Origin: Microbotryum violaceum
Lineage: Eukaryota
DNA length: 64,000 nucleotides
NCBI GenBank assembly: GCA_001244265.2
Contig: CDLV01000005.1
Span: forward strand, 868,001-932,000
Reading direction: 5' to 3'
Below the pieces are notes generated by a model that had not been told where the DNA came from, made no database searches, and saw only the letters and a list, made by a program, of their open reading frames with translations. The translations under genes were made by a program, and so were the position numbers. Of this stretch, positions 1 through 12,778 are shown in pieces. Positions within the stretch are counted from its first letter, which is position 1, and each line of letters begins with the position of its first letter.

Positions 1-2593
1 ATCAACCCCCTCTCCCCCACCTTGGTCTTCCATTTCTCCGGCATACTCTCGACCGTCTCACTGACCCTCGCCAACCTCCCCGCTTCGTGCACTTCCTCGT
101 CCGTAGCGTCCAAACGACCATACCTCACATTATGCAAGATATCGGAATGGAACAAGGGTGTATCCTGAGGAACGACCCCGATCTCCTTCCTCAACGATTC
201 GAGCGTCACTTGATCCAAAGGTTGACCATCAATCAAGATCTGTCCTGAAGAAGGTTCGTAGAAACGGAACAAGAGGCGAAAGACGGTCGATTTGCCGGAG
301 CCGGAGGGGCCGACGATGGCGACTTTTTTACCGGCGGGGATGGAGAAGGAGGTGTCCCGGAAGATGGGTCGGGAAGGGTGGTAGCCGAAGGAGACGTTGC
401 GGAATTCAATGCGGCCACCTTCGTGGAGCGATAAGGGCTTGGCGGTGGGGGAGTCCTGGTGAATGGGACGCAGATCAGCTGGGAGCTCAGAAATGACTTT
501 TCAAGGGAAGAGCAACTGGCCTTGATGGCTAGCCCGACGGACTGCAGGCTAAACAAAGTATCCATGTCGATCAAACTTTGACGTAGTTCGCGGTAGACGG
601 TACCTGCAAGAGTGAGGCGGAGCCGATGAGCTTAGTACATAGTAGAGAATACCATCCGACCCAAACATACCGAGAAAGTTGAGCGGCAACGAAAGCTGAA
701 ACACGAGCTGATTGATCATGACCAAATCGCCCACCGTCATCGCCCCGTTAACGATCCCTTTGGAAGCAAGATACATCATCGCCGTCAAGGCACTGGAGAA
801 AATGACGTTCTGGCCAATATTGAGTGCCGCGAGCGAGGTCGAGATCTTGACCGAAGCTTTGGTGTAGTCCTTCATCGCTTGGTCGTATTGTGCAATCTCG
901 AATTTCTCATTGTTGAAGTGCTGAAGTGAAGTAGACGGGACTCATTAGTCTCATTTGTGGGGCTTTGGACCTTGGGGCTTACTTTGACGGCTTCATAGTT
1001 GATCAGCGAGTCAACGGACATGGTCGCCGCTCGATTGTCAGCAGCGTTGGCTTGCTTTCGGAACTTGGTCCTATCGGCACTTCGATCTAAGCTCGGCGAC
1101 CAAAAGTACATGCGAGCTTATGTGACTAACCTCCATGACGTCGTCTTGATGGTGAACCACGTGTATGCTCCCATCGTGGCCAATGTGACCGCAGCAAAGT
1201 CCCAGCCGAATTTGTAGGACTGAAAAGGGATCGGGTGAACGGATCGAGTCAATTCCTGAAACTGGGATCGACGCAGATGCGGAGATCGACTGACCAAGAT
1301 ACCGCACACCATTGAGATTTCGAGCGCCGTCGGAACGACGTGGAAGACGATCGAGCTCAGTAGGAACGAAATACCCCTGCGTGCAGAGAACAAAACTGCA
1401 CGAGGTCAGATTTTCACCCTGTCGTATCCTCAGTGGGGATACCTTCCCGAGACCCACTTTGTACCACGATCAATAGCCCGTGTCAGCCCACCCGTTTGTC
1501 TTGTGAGGTGGAACTGAACGTCGAGGTTGAGTAAATGGGTGAAAACGCCGCGTGCGACTCGTCGGATCGCCCCCTGAGCGACATTGGCGAAAACTGCGTT
1601 GCGCAGTTCAGAAAATACACCGGCTCCGATACGTGCAAGACCGTCTGTGTGGTCATGTGGAGCCGCGCATATGAGCCTCGCATAGACTGCTGGTCTCATG
1701 GAGGCGAACAAGACTCACATCCAATGATGACCGTCCCGGCAATGGCGAATGCACCCCCTCCGGTGGTAGGATCAATCTCGACATTGAGAGTGTCGATGAT
1801 GCTTTTGAAAAAGAATGGGACTTGAATGTTGAGGAGCTGTTTCGGAGCAGGCATGTGATTTCGATTAGCTCGTTCATCGGAACAGCAGTAGCCGCCCACA
1901 TGAAGCTGGTGCTCACTTTTCCACCCACGAGCAAGCCCAACGCCAACAGAACCCTTGTCTTTGTGGACCAATCGTTCTTGGGCCATACGTTGGGCACGAG
2001 TTTCTTGATGATCTCCCAATCCCTCCTCGACTGCTCCTTGTCCGAAATTTCGGTGGTTTTACCGACATCCGTAGTGTTCGACTGATCACTCTTGGCTGGT
2101 GGAACTGGCGAAACACTCGTTGCTGTCGTCTCTGATGCATTGGATGTTCTTGCGGTGGGTGTTGTACTCGGTGCACCCTTGCTTGACTCCTCCTTTTGAT
2201 GCCCTTCAGGTCCCGAATGTTGCTGAGTGGCCTTCTTGGCCGCGGAATCATAGTCGTCTGGTTGGCCACTCCGAGCCATGTGAGCGTGAGATCGCACCCA
2301 AGCACATGCGCGAGTAAGATGTGGTGGTCTACGTCGGAGATGGTCGATCGATAGAGATGGGGAAGCACGTGACGAGGGCGAATGGGTCGAGTAGGACGCC
2401 GATTGATGGACGTTCGGCTGCGGGGGGGAGAAGCCGTTTCAGTTGGATAGGGGATAGAATACAGGATCACCCCGGCCTAGGTCTGACCACTCACCGCGGT
2501 AGATCTCGTCAGGTTGAGCCAGCAATGGCATGGCCGTGTGAAGTTGCTGGTTGCGATCGCTCTCGTCGAGGACCTCACCACCGCGGCGGCCAT
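1..2593 (-). CDS. ATM1: Mitochondrial ABC half-transporter Atm1/ABCB7 (multi-exon; 3' end runs off the left edge)
   Basis: Spliced exons give a presequence [18 protein letters not shown], then [75 protein letters not shown], Walker [10 protein letters not shown], and [11 protein letters not shown]...KVGERGL at the window edge. Confidence 0.95.
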
Positions 2594-2855
2594 CGCGCGA
2601 GAATACCGATCAACCGACCGATCCAGAGCCGGAGTGGAAGCAGACCTTGCTCTACTTGGAATGGGCAAAGAATGGGTGCTGAAGGCGTGGCAGGATGGTC
2701 AAAGAGGACGAGGCAGATTCGCGGGCGGCGATTCCGTCACGCGCCGTCACGCGGTCATGGCGCAATTTCAAATTACGGAAATCAAAAATCTGTGGGGACT
2801 AATCAGATCCAGATCAGCTGTTCCGCCTGTTCCGCTGCACCGACCACCTCGTCGG

Positions 2856-4533
2856 ATGAGCACGAACGACCGCGTTGGACAACGCAGGGTCGCCTACATC
2901 CACTCGCAGCAGTTGATCGACGCGGCAGATGCATTGCCTTCCAACCCAGGCCGTGCATCGCTCGTGCATCACCTCGTCGACGCGCTGGACCTCCTCGACC
3001 ACGACCCCCACACGGGTGACACGGCGCACGAGCAAGCGGAGCTCGAGGATGGTCAGCCTGCGCGTTCGCGTCTGGCAAGAGCCGAGGTGATGCCGCCGAT
3101 CTGCACTACGAGGGATATGCTCGCCAAGTTTCATGACCTCGAATACATTGGTCCGTGTCCGTTCCTTCTCTCACGAGTCGTCCAACCGATCCTAATCTAA
3201 CCTCTCTCGGGCATCCTTTGCAGATGCACTGCTGGGCAAAGCCGACACTTTATCGAACGATTCAGACTCGGACTCGGATGACACTTCCTCAAAAGACGAA
3301 GCAGCGTTCGACCCCTCCTTCCGACTGGTCGCAGCCACGTCAACCGCCGACGACCCGATCAGCCGTAAGCGCCGACGACTCGACACGGCCCAACTCGTCG
3401 ACGACTGTCCCGTCTTTGACCAACTACCCGACTACGTCTCACTCGTAGCGGGCGCTTCGATTCGCGCGGCTAGGGCGTTGAGGGATGACGAGGCGGATGT
3501 GGCTATTGCTTGGGCGGGGGGAAGGTTCGTCGGCGCTGCGAAAAAATCGACGTCAGATTTCGTTCAGCTGAGGGCGCTTCAGCTACTACAGACATCATGG
3601 AAAGCGAGGCGTCGCAGCGGGGTTCTGCTACATCAACGATATCGTCCTCGCGATACAAGAATTGAGGTCACCACCAAAGACCCGACCTTTTCCACCATTA
3701 TTTTCCTCATTCGAGGACGAGCCTCCCCCACCTCGACCGAAACCCGCCAAGATCTCTCGAGTGCTATACCTCGACCTCGACCTGCACCACGGCGACGGCG
3801 TCGAATCGGCCTTCTTCACCTCACCCTACGTTCTCACTCTATCGACCCATCTCCACGCCCCTCTCTTCTTCCCCAGTACCGGTTCCCTACACTCCCACGG
3901 TCCTTCGACGGGTAACGCCTCGTACCACGCTTTGAACCTCGCTCTAGAACCTGGCCTGTCCTCCTCGACACTCTTGCGCTTGTTTGAAAGCTCCATCGAC
4001 CCCATTTTCCAAGCTTTCAATCCCGATGCCGTCGTCGTACAATGTGGGACTGATGGACTACAGGGTGACCCCTGTGCGGAATGGAATCTATCCGCTTGGG
4101 GGATGGGAGAGGTCGTCAGGAGGGTGGTGCAGGTGTGGGGTACGAAGACTTTGTTGTTGGGTGGGGGCGGGTACGAGAGTGCGAACGCGGCGAGGTGTTG
4201 GGCTTATTTGACGTCGGTTGCGGTGAGTCGCCATCCTTCCACGACATACATTTTGAGTAGCGATGTACTGATGCTCCTCCTCGTGCGAACAGCTCGGTCG
4301 CCCCCTCCCTCTTGAAACCGAGATCCCTTCCTCGCTCGAATCAGCCGAATACGAACTCTACCAAGACAGTTTCACCTTGGACGCACCAGAGGGCCAGAGG
4401 AAGGATATGAATACGGAGGACAAAGTGAGGCGTGTGGAGGAAGTTTTCAGAGCGTACAAGGAAAAGTTGGAGGAGAGATATAGGGGGAGGAAGAAGGGGA
4501 ATGGCTCGCGGGAGGGGAAAGATGTGGGGGTAG
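2856..4533 (+). CDS. Class I histone deacetylase (Hos1/HDAC8-like), multi-exon
   Basis: MSTNDRVGQRRVAYIHS...LPSNPGRASLVH, DDCPVF, AWAGGR/HHG...GFCYINDIVL, YLDLDLHHGDGVE, QCGTDGLQGD and LGGGGY are present, so the catalytic and Zn-binding residues are intact. Stop TAG at 4531-4533. Confidence 0.9.
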
Positions 4534-5076
4534 GATTGGGCGAGGAATGAAAAATATAGCGCCGAACGACAAGAAGGGTGAGATCTTTCTCTCGTGCGCA
4601 ATAGCAATTTTCATAGAAATGCTATATGTCAACCCCAGACCTAACACGGGTCGCGGTCGAGGTCTCGCTGGCTTACCGAATCGGCTGCAGCGCTTGCAGT
4701 GAATTTGACTTCTCGCTAAGACAACGGGCCCGGGGCCGTACTCGTGGGGGTTTGCTTCCCGACCACCGTTCAGCTCAGCTGCCATCGCCCTCACAATCGC
4801 TGTGGCGCATCATGCGTTGAGATCGATCATCCATCAGCCAGCAGGAAGTGCCCTATTACCACAGTCCTACCCCAAGTCCTGCACTGTTGCAGCTTGCGAC
4901 CTGCAGCCTGCGAGCCGCTCCGCAAGCCCGCTCGGTCGTGTAGAACTTCCTCGCAATTCAAGTTTGTATACAGCTGCTTGACATCGGTTTCAACTTCAGA
5001 GATTTCAATCAAACGAGTAATCGTTGCATCGACCCCGGGTTGCACGCGTCGTGGCGCGCTCAAGTGCGCACGAGTC

Positions 5077-8000
5077 ATGGTCCGCTACCTCTGTGTCGCC
5101 GAGAAGCCTTCCATCTCAAAGTCCATCACCCAAATACTGTCAGGAGGTCGATTCACAACGGTCAGTCGACCCGCCCTACGACAATCTTCCAGCCGGTCGT
5201 CAAAGCGTCGTGAATTGATCGTCTCCTAATCACGTTCCCAACAGCGCAACGCTCGGCACCCCCCATGGATCAAGAACTACGACTTTTCGTACCGACTCCC
5301 TCAACATGGTCCGGCCTTCACCGACTTCACCGTCACCGCCGTTGCGGGCCATCTCATGACATCCGACTTTCCCGAAGCCTACAAGAATTGGCGAGGTTGC
5401 GATCCGTTTACCTTGTTCGATGCACCCATCAACCATACGGTCAACTCGGTCAGTCCGATTGAAACTCTACTTGTCTAAAAACATGTGTGCTGATCCATGA
5501 AGACCTCTCCGACCTCAGGATCCGAATCAAAAAGGCATCGCGGCAAATTTGGCCGCCGAAGCGAGGAATGCGACCCACCTCATGATCTGGACCGATTGCG
5601 ATCGTGAAGGCGAACACATCGGCAGTGAGGTCGCAACCGTGTGTCGCCAAGCCAATCCGAGGATTATCGTCAAGCGAGCGAGGTTTAGTGCGATCATAGC
5701 CAAGTCGGTGCCTCTCTGCCCTCGCGCTCAATCGTACGAGATCGGCCCGAACTGACCGTTCGCTCCTTTATATAGCCAAATCAACAACGCTTGTCAGAAC
5801 GCAGTCGAACTTGATATGCGACAAGTCAATGCTGTGGCCGCTCGGATGGATCTCGACCTCCGTGTTGGAGCCGCCCTGACTCGAACGCAGACGCTTGGGC
5901 TGCAGGGCCGTTTCGCAGCTTTGGCGGAGAAGATCATCAGCTATGGCAAGTGAATGAAGCTGGCTACGAGTCAACTGACACCAGACTGATTTCAAGCTCG
6001 CACCGAACTTGCAGGTCCTTGTCAATTCCCTACGTTGGGCTTTGTCGTCGATCAATACGAACGTGTGCAGGCATTCATCGCCGAGCAGTTTTGGTTCATC
6101 CGAGTCGCGATCACGAGGGAGGACTTGACAACGGTGTTTCGGTGGCAACGAGGAAAATTGTTTGACCACGATGTGGCGGAAGCCCTATTTGAGCGATGTC
6201 AGGAGGAGCCGGAGGTGACGGTGCTGTCGCAGCAGACCAAGCCGACTCAGAAATGGTCAGTCATATTGAGGCATCAAGAGCAAGAGCCTGGTATTGACTG
6301 ATGCTTGGTTGATGCTCTGATAGGAAACCTTTACCACTGACCACGGTCGAGCTGCAAAAGACGGGATCTCGACTTTTGAGAATGACGCCCAAGCAAATCC
6401 TCGATGTAGGCTCTGGCCGGCCGACTCATCCGAGTGTTACACTCTTACTAATCAAGAGCCGGTCGATTCGTACAGACCTCGGACAGCTTGTATCAGCGCG
6501 GTATCTTGTCCTACCCACGTACGGAGACCGACATCTTTGACAAGGATTTCGATTTCATGGACCTGATCCAGAAACAGATTGGCGATGGCGCTTGGGGGCC
6601 TTTTGCGACCAAGTGAGCCGGACGACACGCAATACTACGCAGCAAAGTGATAATATTGATGATTGATGACTACATTTCGTTCACCCAGCCTCGCGAACGG
6701 CGGCTTCGAGCGACCCCGGAACGGCAAAAAGGACGACAAAGCCCACCCCCCTATCCACCCGACTTCCCACGTCAACAACCTCACAGGCGACGACAAGAAG
6801 GTCTACGATCTCGTCGTGCGACGATTCCTCGCTTGCTGCTCCAAGAATGCTCGAGGCCTCGAAACGACGGTCGAGCTCTCGATCGCCGACGAACGCTTCA
6901 CCGCTTCGGGCTTGATCGTCCAAGAGCGCAACTACCTCGACGTCTACATCTACGACAAATGGGCCGGCAACCTATTGCCCTCATTCGAGGTAGGCGAACG
7001 CTTCGTCCCCGACGAATGCTCACTCGATGAAGGTTCTACGACCCGCCCCAATCTCTTGACCGAAGCCGATCTCGTTTCTCTAATGGACAAGAACGGCATC
7101 GGAACAGACGCGACGATCGCCGAACACATCGCCAAGATCATCGAGCGCGAATACGTCATGAAGCAACGCCAAGGAGGGACCGAATACCTCGTTCCTTCGA
7201 CATTAGGGATTGGCTTGGTCGAGGGGTACAACGCGATTGGGTTCGACAAGTCTTTATCGAAGCCTTATTTGCGAAGGTTGACGGAACGGAGGATGGATGA
7301 GATTTGTCAGGGGGGTAAAACGAAGACGCAGGTGATTGATGAGACGTTGGATGAGTATAGGCAGATGTTTATCAAGGCCAAGAGGGAGTTTCAGACCTTT
7401 ATCGATTCGGTCGCAAAGTATATCGATGGGGATGGAGGAGGAGGTGCTGGTGGGGATGGTCCGGGCGATGATGATCAGGGTGGAGGGGGCGCACCAGAGG
7501 CTGGGAGACGACCGAGGGGAGGGGCAGCTGAGGGGAGAGGGAGGGGCAGGGGCAGGGGCAGGGGCAGAGGGGCTGCTGCAAGGGGACGCGGTGCAGGTCG
7601 AGGGGCGGGAGCCGGGAGGAACAATGAGGACGATGACGACGATGGATCGAACGGGCCTGCCGGTGGAGGAGCAAGAGGTCCTGGACGAGGGAGAGGCGCA
7701 GCTGCTACTGCCACTGCCGCGAGAGCACCTACTCGAGCAGAAGCTGGACGAAGTCGAAAGAATGAACAGCCGCTTCCACCCGCGGTTCCCAAAGACGAAG
7801 TCAAGATTGAAGACGAGGCCGAAACTGGGCATGTCAACTACGAGTATGACATGGAGTCGGTTGGAATAGGTTAGTTTATGTGGTTCCCTTTTCACCTAAA
7901 CTGCTCCCTGATGCGGGTTTGCGCTTGAACAGAACAAGCCATAGCGATCGGACGGGATCTCTACATCCGCGAACGGGAGGCCATGCTTCGCAACACCCCA

Positions 8001-8961
8001 CCCGGCATGCCACCTACCTGCGATTGCGGTGACCTATCGGTCAAGAGGACGGTCATGAAGCAATCCGCCAATACGGGCCGCAAGTTTTGGGCGTGTCATT
8101 TGGGCATGGGTGGTTGTGGTTTCTTTGCGTGGGCCGATGAACCGGGGTCTTCCCGAGGGAACACGGCGTCACCGCCGAAGAAACGACCGTTTGCTGGTTC
8201 GAGCGACGTGAGCTCTTCAGCCTGTACATACAGTCAAAAGAGTTTAGAACTGAATTCATTGTCCGTCACAACAGTTGCCATCGCCCGTTCGACCTCGCTT
8301 CGCCGCTCCGACTGGGCAAGATGCAGCAGAGGGACAACGATGCGAATGTAATCTCACGCCTGTCGAACGCACCGTCACCAAGGAAGGCCCCAACACCGGC
8401 CGACGATTCCTGATGTGCAATAACACGTCCAAGAGTGCACAATGCAAATACTTTGTGTGGCTTGACGAGGATGATGTTCCAGGTCGGGCTGGAGGAAGCG
8501 GGAGTGGGAGTGGAAATAATGGTGCGGGCGCGGGAGGTGGAGGAGGTCGCCCCCCGACAGGAGAGTGCTTCATTTGCAAGCAAGAAGGTCATTGGTCACG
8601 AGATTGCCCGAGTAAGAACGTAGCAAGAGGTGACGATTGGAACGGTAGCGGTAAAGGCGGGGGTGGTCGAGCTCCGACGGGCGAGTGTTTCATTTGCAAG
8701 GAGGAAGGGCATTGGTCGAGGGACTGTCCCAGCAAGAATGAGCGAGGAGGCGGGGGTGGAGGGGCTTCGAATGGAGCCAGAGCTGGTGGAGGCGGAGGGA
8801 CATGCTTCAGTTGTGGCGAAGAGGGCCACTACTCGTCGGCTTGTCCCAATCCCAAAGGCGGTAGTGGAACGGGTGGGGGTTCGTCCAATAGGGGCCGTGG
8901 TCGTGGTCGAGGGGGCTCCACCGCGCGTGGGGGTCGAGGTCGAGGTAACAGATACGGGTGA
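5077..8961 (+). CDS. TOP3: DNA topoisomerase III (type IA, TOP3alpha-like) with RGG region, two GRF zinc fingers and three CCHC knuckles
   Basis: MVRYLCVAEKPS, IWTDCDREGEHIG (TOPRIM), SYGPCQFPTLG, catalytic GILSYPRTETD, DKAHPPIHP, GIGTDAT. The C-terminus has CDCG...GRKFWAC...CGFFAWAD, CECN...GRRFLMC...CKYFVWLD, CFICKQEGHWSRDC (x2) and CFSCGEEGHYSSAC. Confidence 0.95.
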
Positions 8962-9520
8962 ATGCTTACTGAGTTTCGCAGACAATCAATTCAGGTTCAT
9001 ATTTACTTTGTGCATTAGACCAAAGTGTTGTCGTACCATCCACGCAATCTCGCATCTCATCTCGTGGGAATTTCACCTGCCGGCATTGTAGGCTTAAAAA
9101 CTGATGGTTACTCAGCTGAACGGCTGGCTACCTGTAGGGAAAGAAAGCAAAACACAAGTTGAGAGCCGGCATTCTGACGAAATCATTTCGTCACGGGTAT
9201 TTCGACTTTGTAATGAGAGACTCCCTTTCAGTGTCATCGTTGAAATGTCGATGACGCATCGTGCCGGTCGCTGGGCACGCGCGCCCCGTCCAAAAGGGGC
9301 CAGCGGATCCGCTCAGCCGAACAGAATGCGAGCCGTCGCCCCCGCGTTTCCTTCCTGAAACAGCACAAAAGCGGACTTCAGCTCAGACGCCGTGCCTCGC
9401 CTCGCCTTTTGCCTCGCAATTGAGAGCTGAGTCCCGCACTCGCAACCAGCCGAATTTCAATCTTTGGTCCTTTCCTCCAACCACAGTATGTGGAACTAGA
9501 GCTGTACGACGTCTTTAACC

Positions 9521-12398
9521 ATGCATTTGGGCCTGAACGTGCACCAACCTCAGCGGGACCATGCCGTGTTCCCCGCGCGTCGCCCAAGAACGGACCCGAA
9601 TGCCGCGAGCACTCGAACCGGCGAAGCGACTGAGCATCGACTCTCGTCCCTCGTCGCTGCGTTGATTGGACCTTTCATCGTGCTCTTCTCTATCCCGGGA
9701 TTAACTGAATACTGGTCAGTATCATCCGCTTCGTATTGCGTCTTTATTAAACCCAACTCCCTGGGTGTCGTCAGCATCGAGGTCGATGTTGATCCAGACC
9801 CAGCTCGGGCAAGCCGACGTTCCGGGCTCCGAATTGGGCGGCCGATCCCCTTCGCCGCCTGTCGATCAGGAACTCCGATCGAAACTGACGGCGGGATGGA
9901 CCCAATTCATGCATTGACAATGCATGAGGAGATCAGAGCGGTACTAAAAAATCTTCTTGTTTTCACAAACAGGTATACTCAAAAAGGCTCGACAGAAGAG
10001 CGGGACTGGAGCCAACCGGATCCGAATCTGATTGTCATCTCGGGCACGATCACACTTGTACTCGGAATCATCGCCAACATTTTGCTCGCGCTGAGGCTGG
10101 TCGAAACACATGCTGTATGTCCGCCTCATGGTCTTTCACTTCAAATCCACTCGACCAATATCTAACACTCTAATTTTCCGGTTCACCAATCAGCGATTCT
10201 GCATCTTCTCGGGCTTGTTCATTCTATCCTGGTTCACATTCATCAACACGATCGCCCTCATCCTCTTCACCGTCAAGTCGAGCAAAGTCGATGATGGGTA
10301 CACCTTATCAACTGCCTTCTCCCTGACCGCGGCTTCGACCGCTCTGGCCGCACTGGTGCTAGTCATGTTTCTCCTTGATGGCTTCCAAACCAAGTGGTAC
10401 CGACAGGGTGGAACGGGGCTCAGTGGGAAGCAGAGGAGCCTGGTGGTCGCGTTTGGGGTGTTCATGGGGACAATTTGCGTGGGCTCGGTCATGACCAAGT
10501 ACCTGAACAACTTTAGCTCGTAAGCTTAGGGCTCTTTTAAAGGGACGGGAAGAAAACATTCAAATTTGCTGACATGCCGGATGCTGTCCTCGTGCAGGTT
10601 CCTTGACTCGATCTACTTCATCATTCAGACAATTACCACCACAGGTACGATTAATCCGAAAGCGGCCAACAAGGATAATCCGTTCTCACTTTCCCGTTCT
10701 CGTCCCGTTCACAGGTTTCGGCGATCTCGTCCCCAAAACGACGGCTTCGCGCATTTTTTCCATCTTCTACGACACATGGGGTATCCTCAGCTTTGCCGTC
10801 GTCGTCGCCTTCGTTCGCTCCACAGCACTGGAAGCGATGCAGACTCAGTGGGTTCAATTCGCACTGCCTTTTGATCACTCGGGTCACCAAAACTCATTTA
10901 TTGATATCCTCTCTTCTCTAGATACAAGAAACGCGAGAAAATTATCTTACAACGGATACAGGGTCAGCGGCTGGAGAGGATACGAACGGGCGACAGCAGG
11001 CAAGTCGAAGCTCCTCGCACCTCCTGGCCGCGTCGATTCTTGAACCGCTTTGCGTTCTACTCGGCACCTACCCCACGGCCGCGTATTGGAGCACAAGGCG
11101 TTGGTGAAGAGCAGGACCTTGACGCTCAGCGGATTGAGATGATGGACCCAAGGCTGTTGAACGGGAATATTATCGCCGATGCGGGGGGCCTCTTGCATGA
11201 GGATGATTATGAGAAGACGATCTTGGAGATGAAGAGAGAACGAGCCAGGGAACATCGATCTGAGGTGAGTACGATTCCAGCTGAATCTCAGATTTCAGGT
11301 CAACTAACCTGGCTAGTATCTTCCACGCGTGTGTGCAGCTTGTGGTAAGCTTGCTCATCTACCTCACCACCTGGGTAGTCGGAGCTGCAGTCTTTTCACG
11401 GCTGGAAAATTGGTGAGTGGGCTAGCAGTCTCAGCGCCGGCTTTAGAGCTGTCCTTTGTCCCGTGACTGACTCACCGAATCATCGAGCAGGGATTACTTT
11501 ATCTCATTCTACTTTGTCTTCATGACCTTCACGACGATCGGCCACGGCGACTACGCGCCAAGAACTCAGGCGGGACGAGCCTTCTTCAGTGCTTGGGCTC
11601 TGGTCGGAGCAGGTGTCACGACCGTCTTCTTCTCAATCTTGGCTGACAGTTACTCGTCGCGCTTCAACGGACTTGCAACTCGTAATTGGTTCAAACGTAC
11701 GTTGTTGCGGTTTCATAACAACCCGAAGGCACGCGCGGCTTTGGAAGAGGAGGAACGACGGTTTGGAATCCGACCTAGTGTGAACGTCGATGATGCTCCG
11801 TCCGGGTCGGTCTCGACTGCATCCCCGGCCCCCAAACCGACAAGCGAAGGCGAGGAGGATATTGTCGAAGGCAACTCCAACAATGTCGAGGACCCCACCC
11901 CGTTGCAAACTGCAAGGCTATTAGAGCTCGTCAAGGAGACTCGGGAGCACGTCGATGATCTTATCCACTATGATGGCATGTCATCGACGGGGGAATGCGG
12001 TATGGGTATCGATCGCGAGGTCAAGCAGTTGATGGATGAACAGAAATTCAGTATGCCGACGCGATTGGAGGTGATGAGTGACGAAAGGATGAAGAGGTCC
12101 CTCTGTAAGTCATTCCCTCCCTGAGGTCTTGGCAGCGCACCAAGTCTTGCGCACTGACTTGGCGACCTCGCCCCGGCCCAAATATTCTCCATGAGCAGAC
12201 CTGAGAAGGATGTTGGCGAAGCTAGTCGAGCTAGAAAAAATTGTCCATGTCGCCGTCGAGGATTACGAGACCACTCGGGCTGGAGCCGAAGGGAACGAAA
12301 TTTACATCGGCGAGCTTGGGACCCACATCCTCAACAGTCCACTGGCAGCCACAGGGGGCCCGCCGTTTCGAACGGATACCAATGAATCTTACAAGTGA
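9521..12398 (+). CDS. TOK1: TOK-type two-pore-domain potassium channel, multi-exon
   Basis: Multiple TM segments starting LVAALIGPFIVLFSIPG and GLSGKQRSLVV. Pore 1 is FLDSIYFIIQTITTTG/FGDLVP and pore 2 is YFVFMTFTTIGHGDYAPRTQAGRAFF. The start codon is uncertain. Confidence 0.85.
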
Positions 12399-12778
12399 GG
12401 AGAGGCCGGGAGTATATTGTTGGTATTTACCTGTTGTAGAGTAGAACTTTTAAAAGTAGCATCTTGCAGTCGTCGTCCGTGCATCATCTGTCCAGACTTT
12501 TTTTTTTTCTGTATCAAGCCTGACTAGATTTCACACATTCCGTTGTCTACGCAAAAATCAATGTTTCTTGATAAGGGGGGTTGGACTTATCTAAGTCATA
12601 GCCACTAGATCCATGCCAGACGAGGCAGAATTTGACACGCGAAGGGGTCCGTGCGCGCACGGCTAACGTCTGCGTTGTCTCATTCAACTTGTGAGCGCGA
12701 TCAACCTCGGCCCCGCGGGTCACGCTCAATTCGCACTGGCTTCGCACACACGACACACGATATTGTCATCTCCACGCG

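Noticed and set aside
7525-7575. (AGGGGC)n G-quadruplex-like tract
   Set aside because: It is explained by Gly-Arg repeat coding in TOP3.
8560-8850. CCHC zinc knuckles as a retrotransposon gag
   Set aside because: They lie in the spliced TOP3 C-terminus, with no protease, RT, integrase or LTR nearby.
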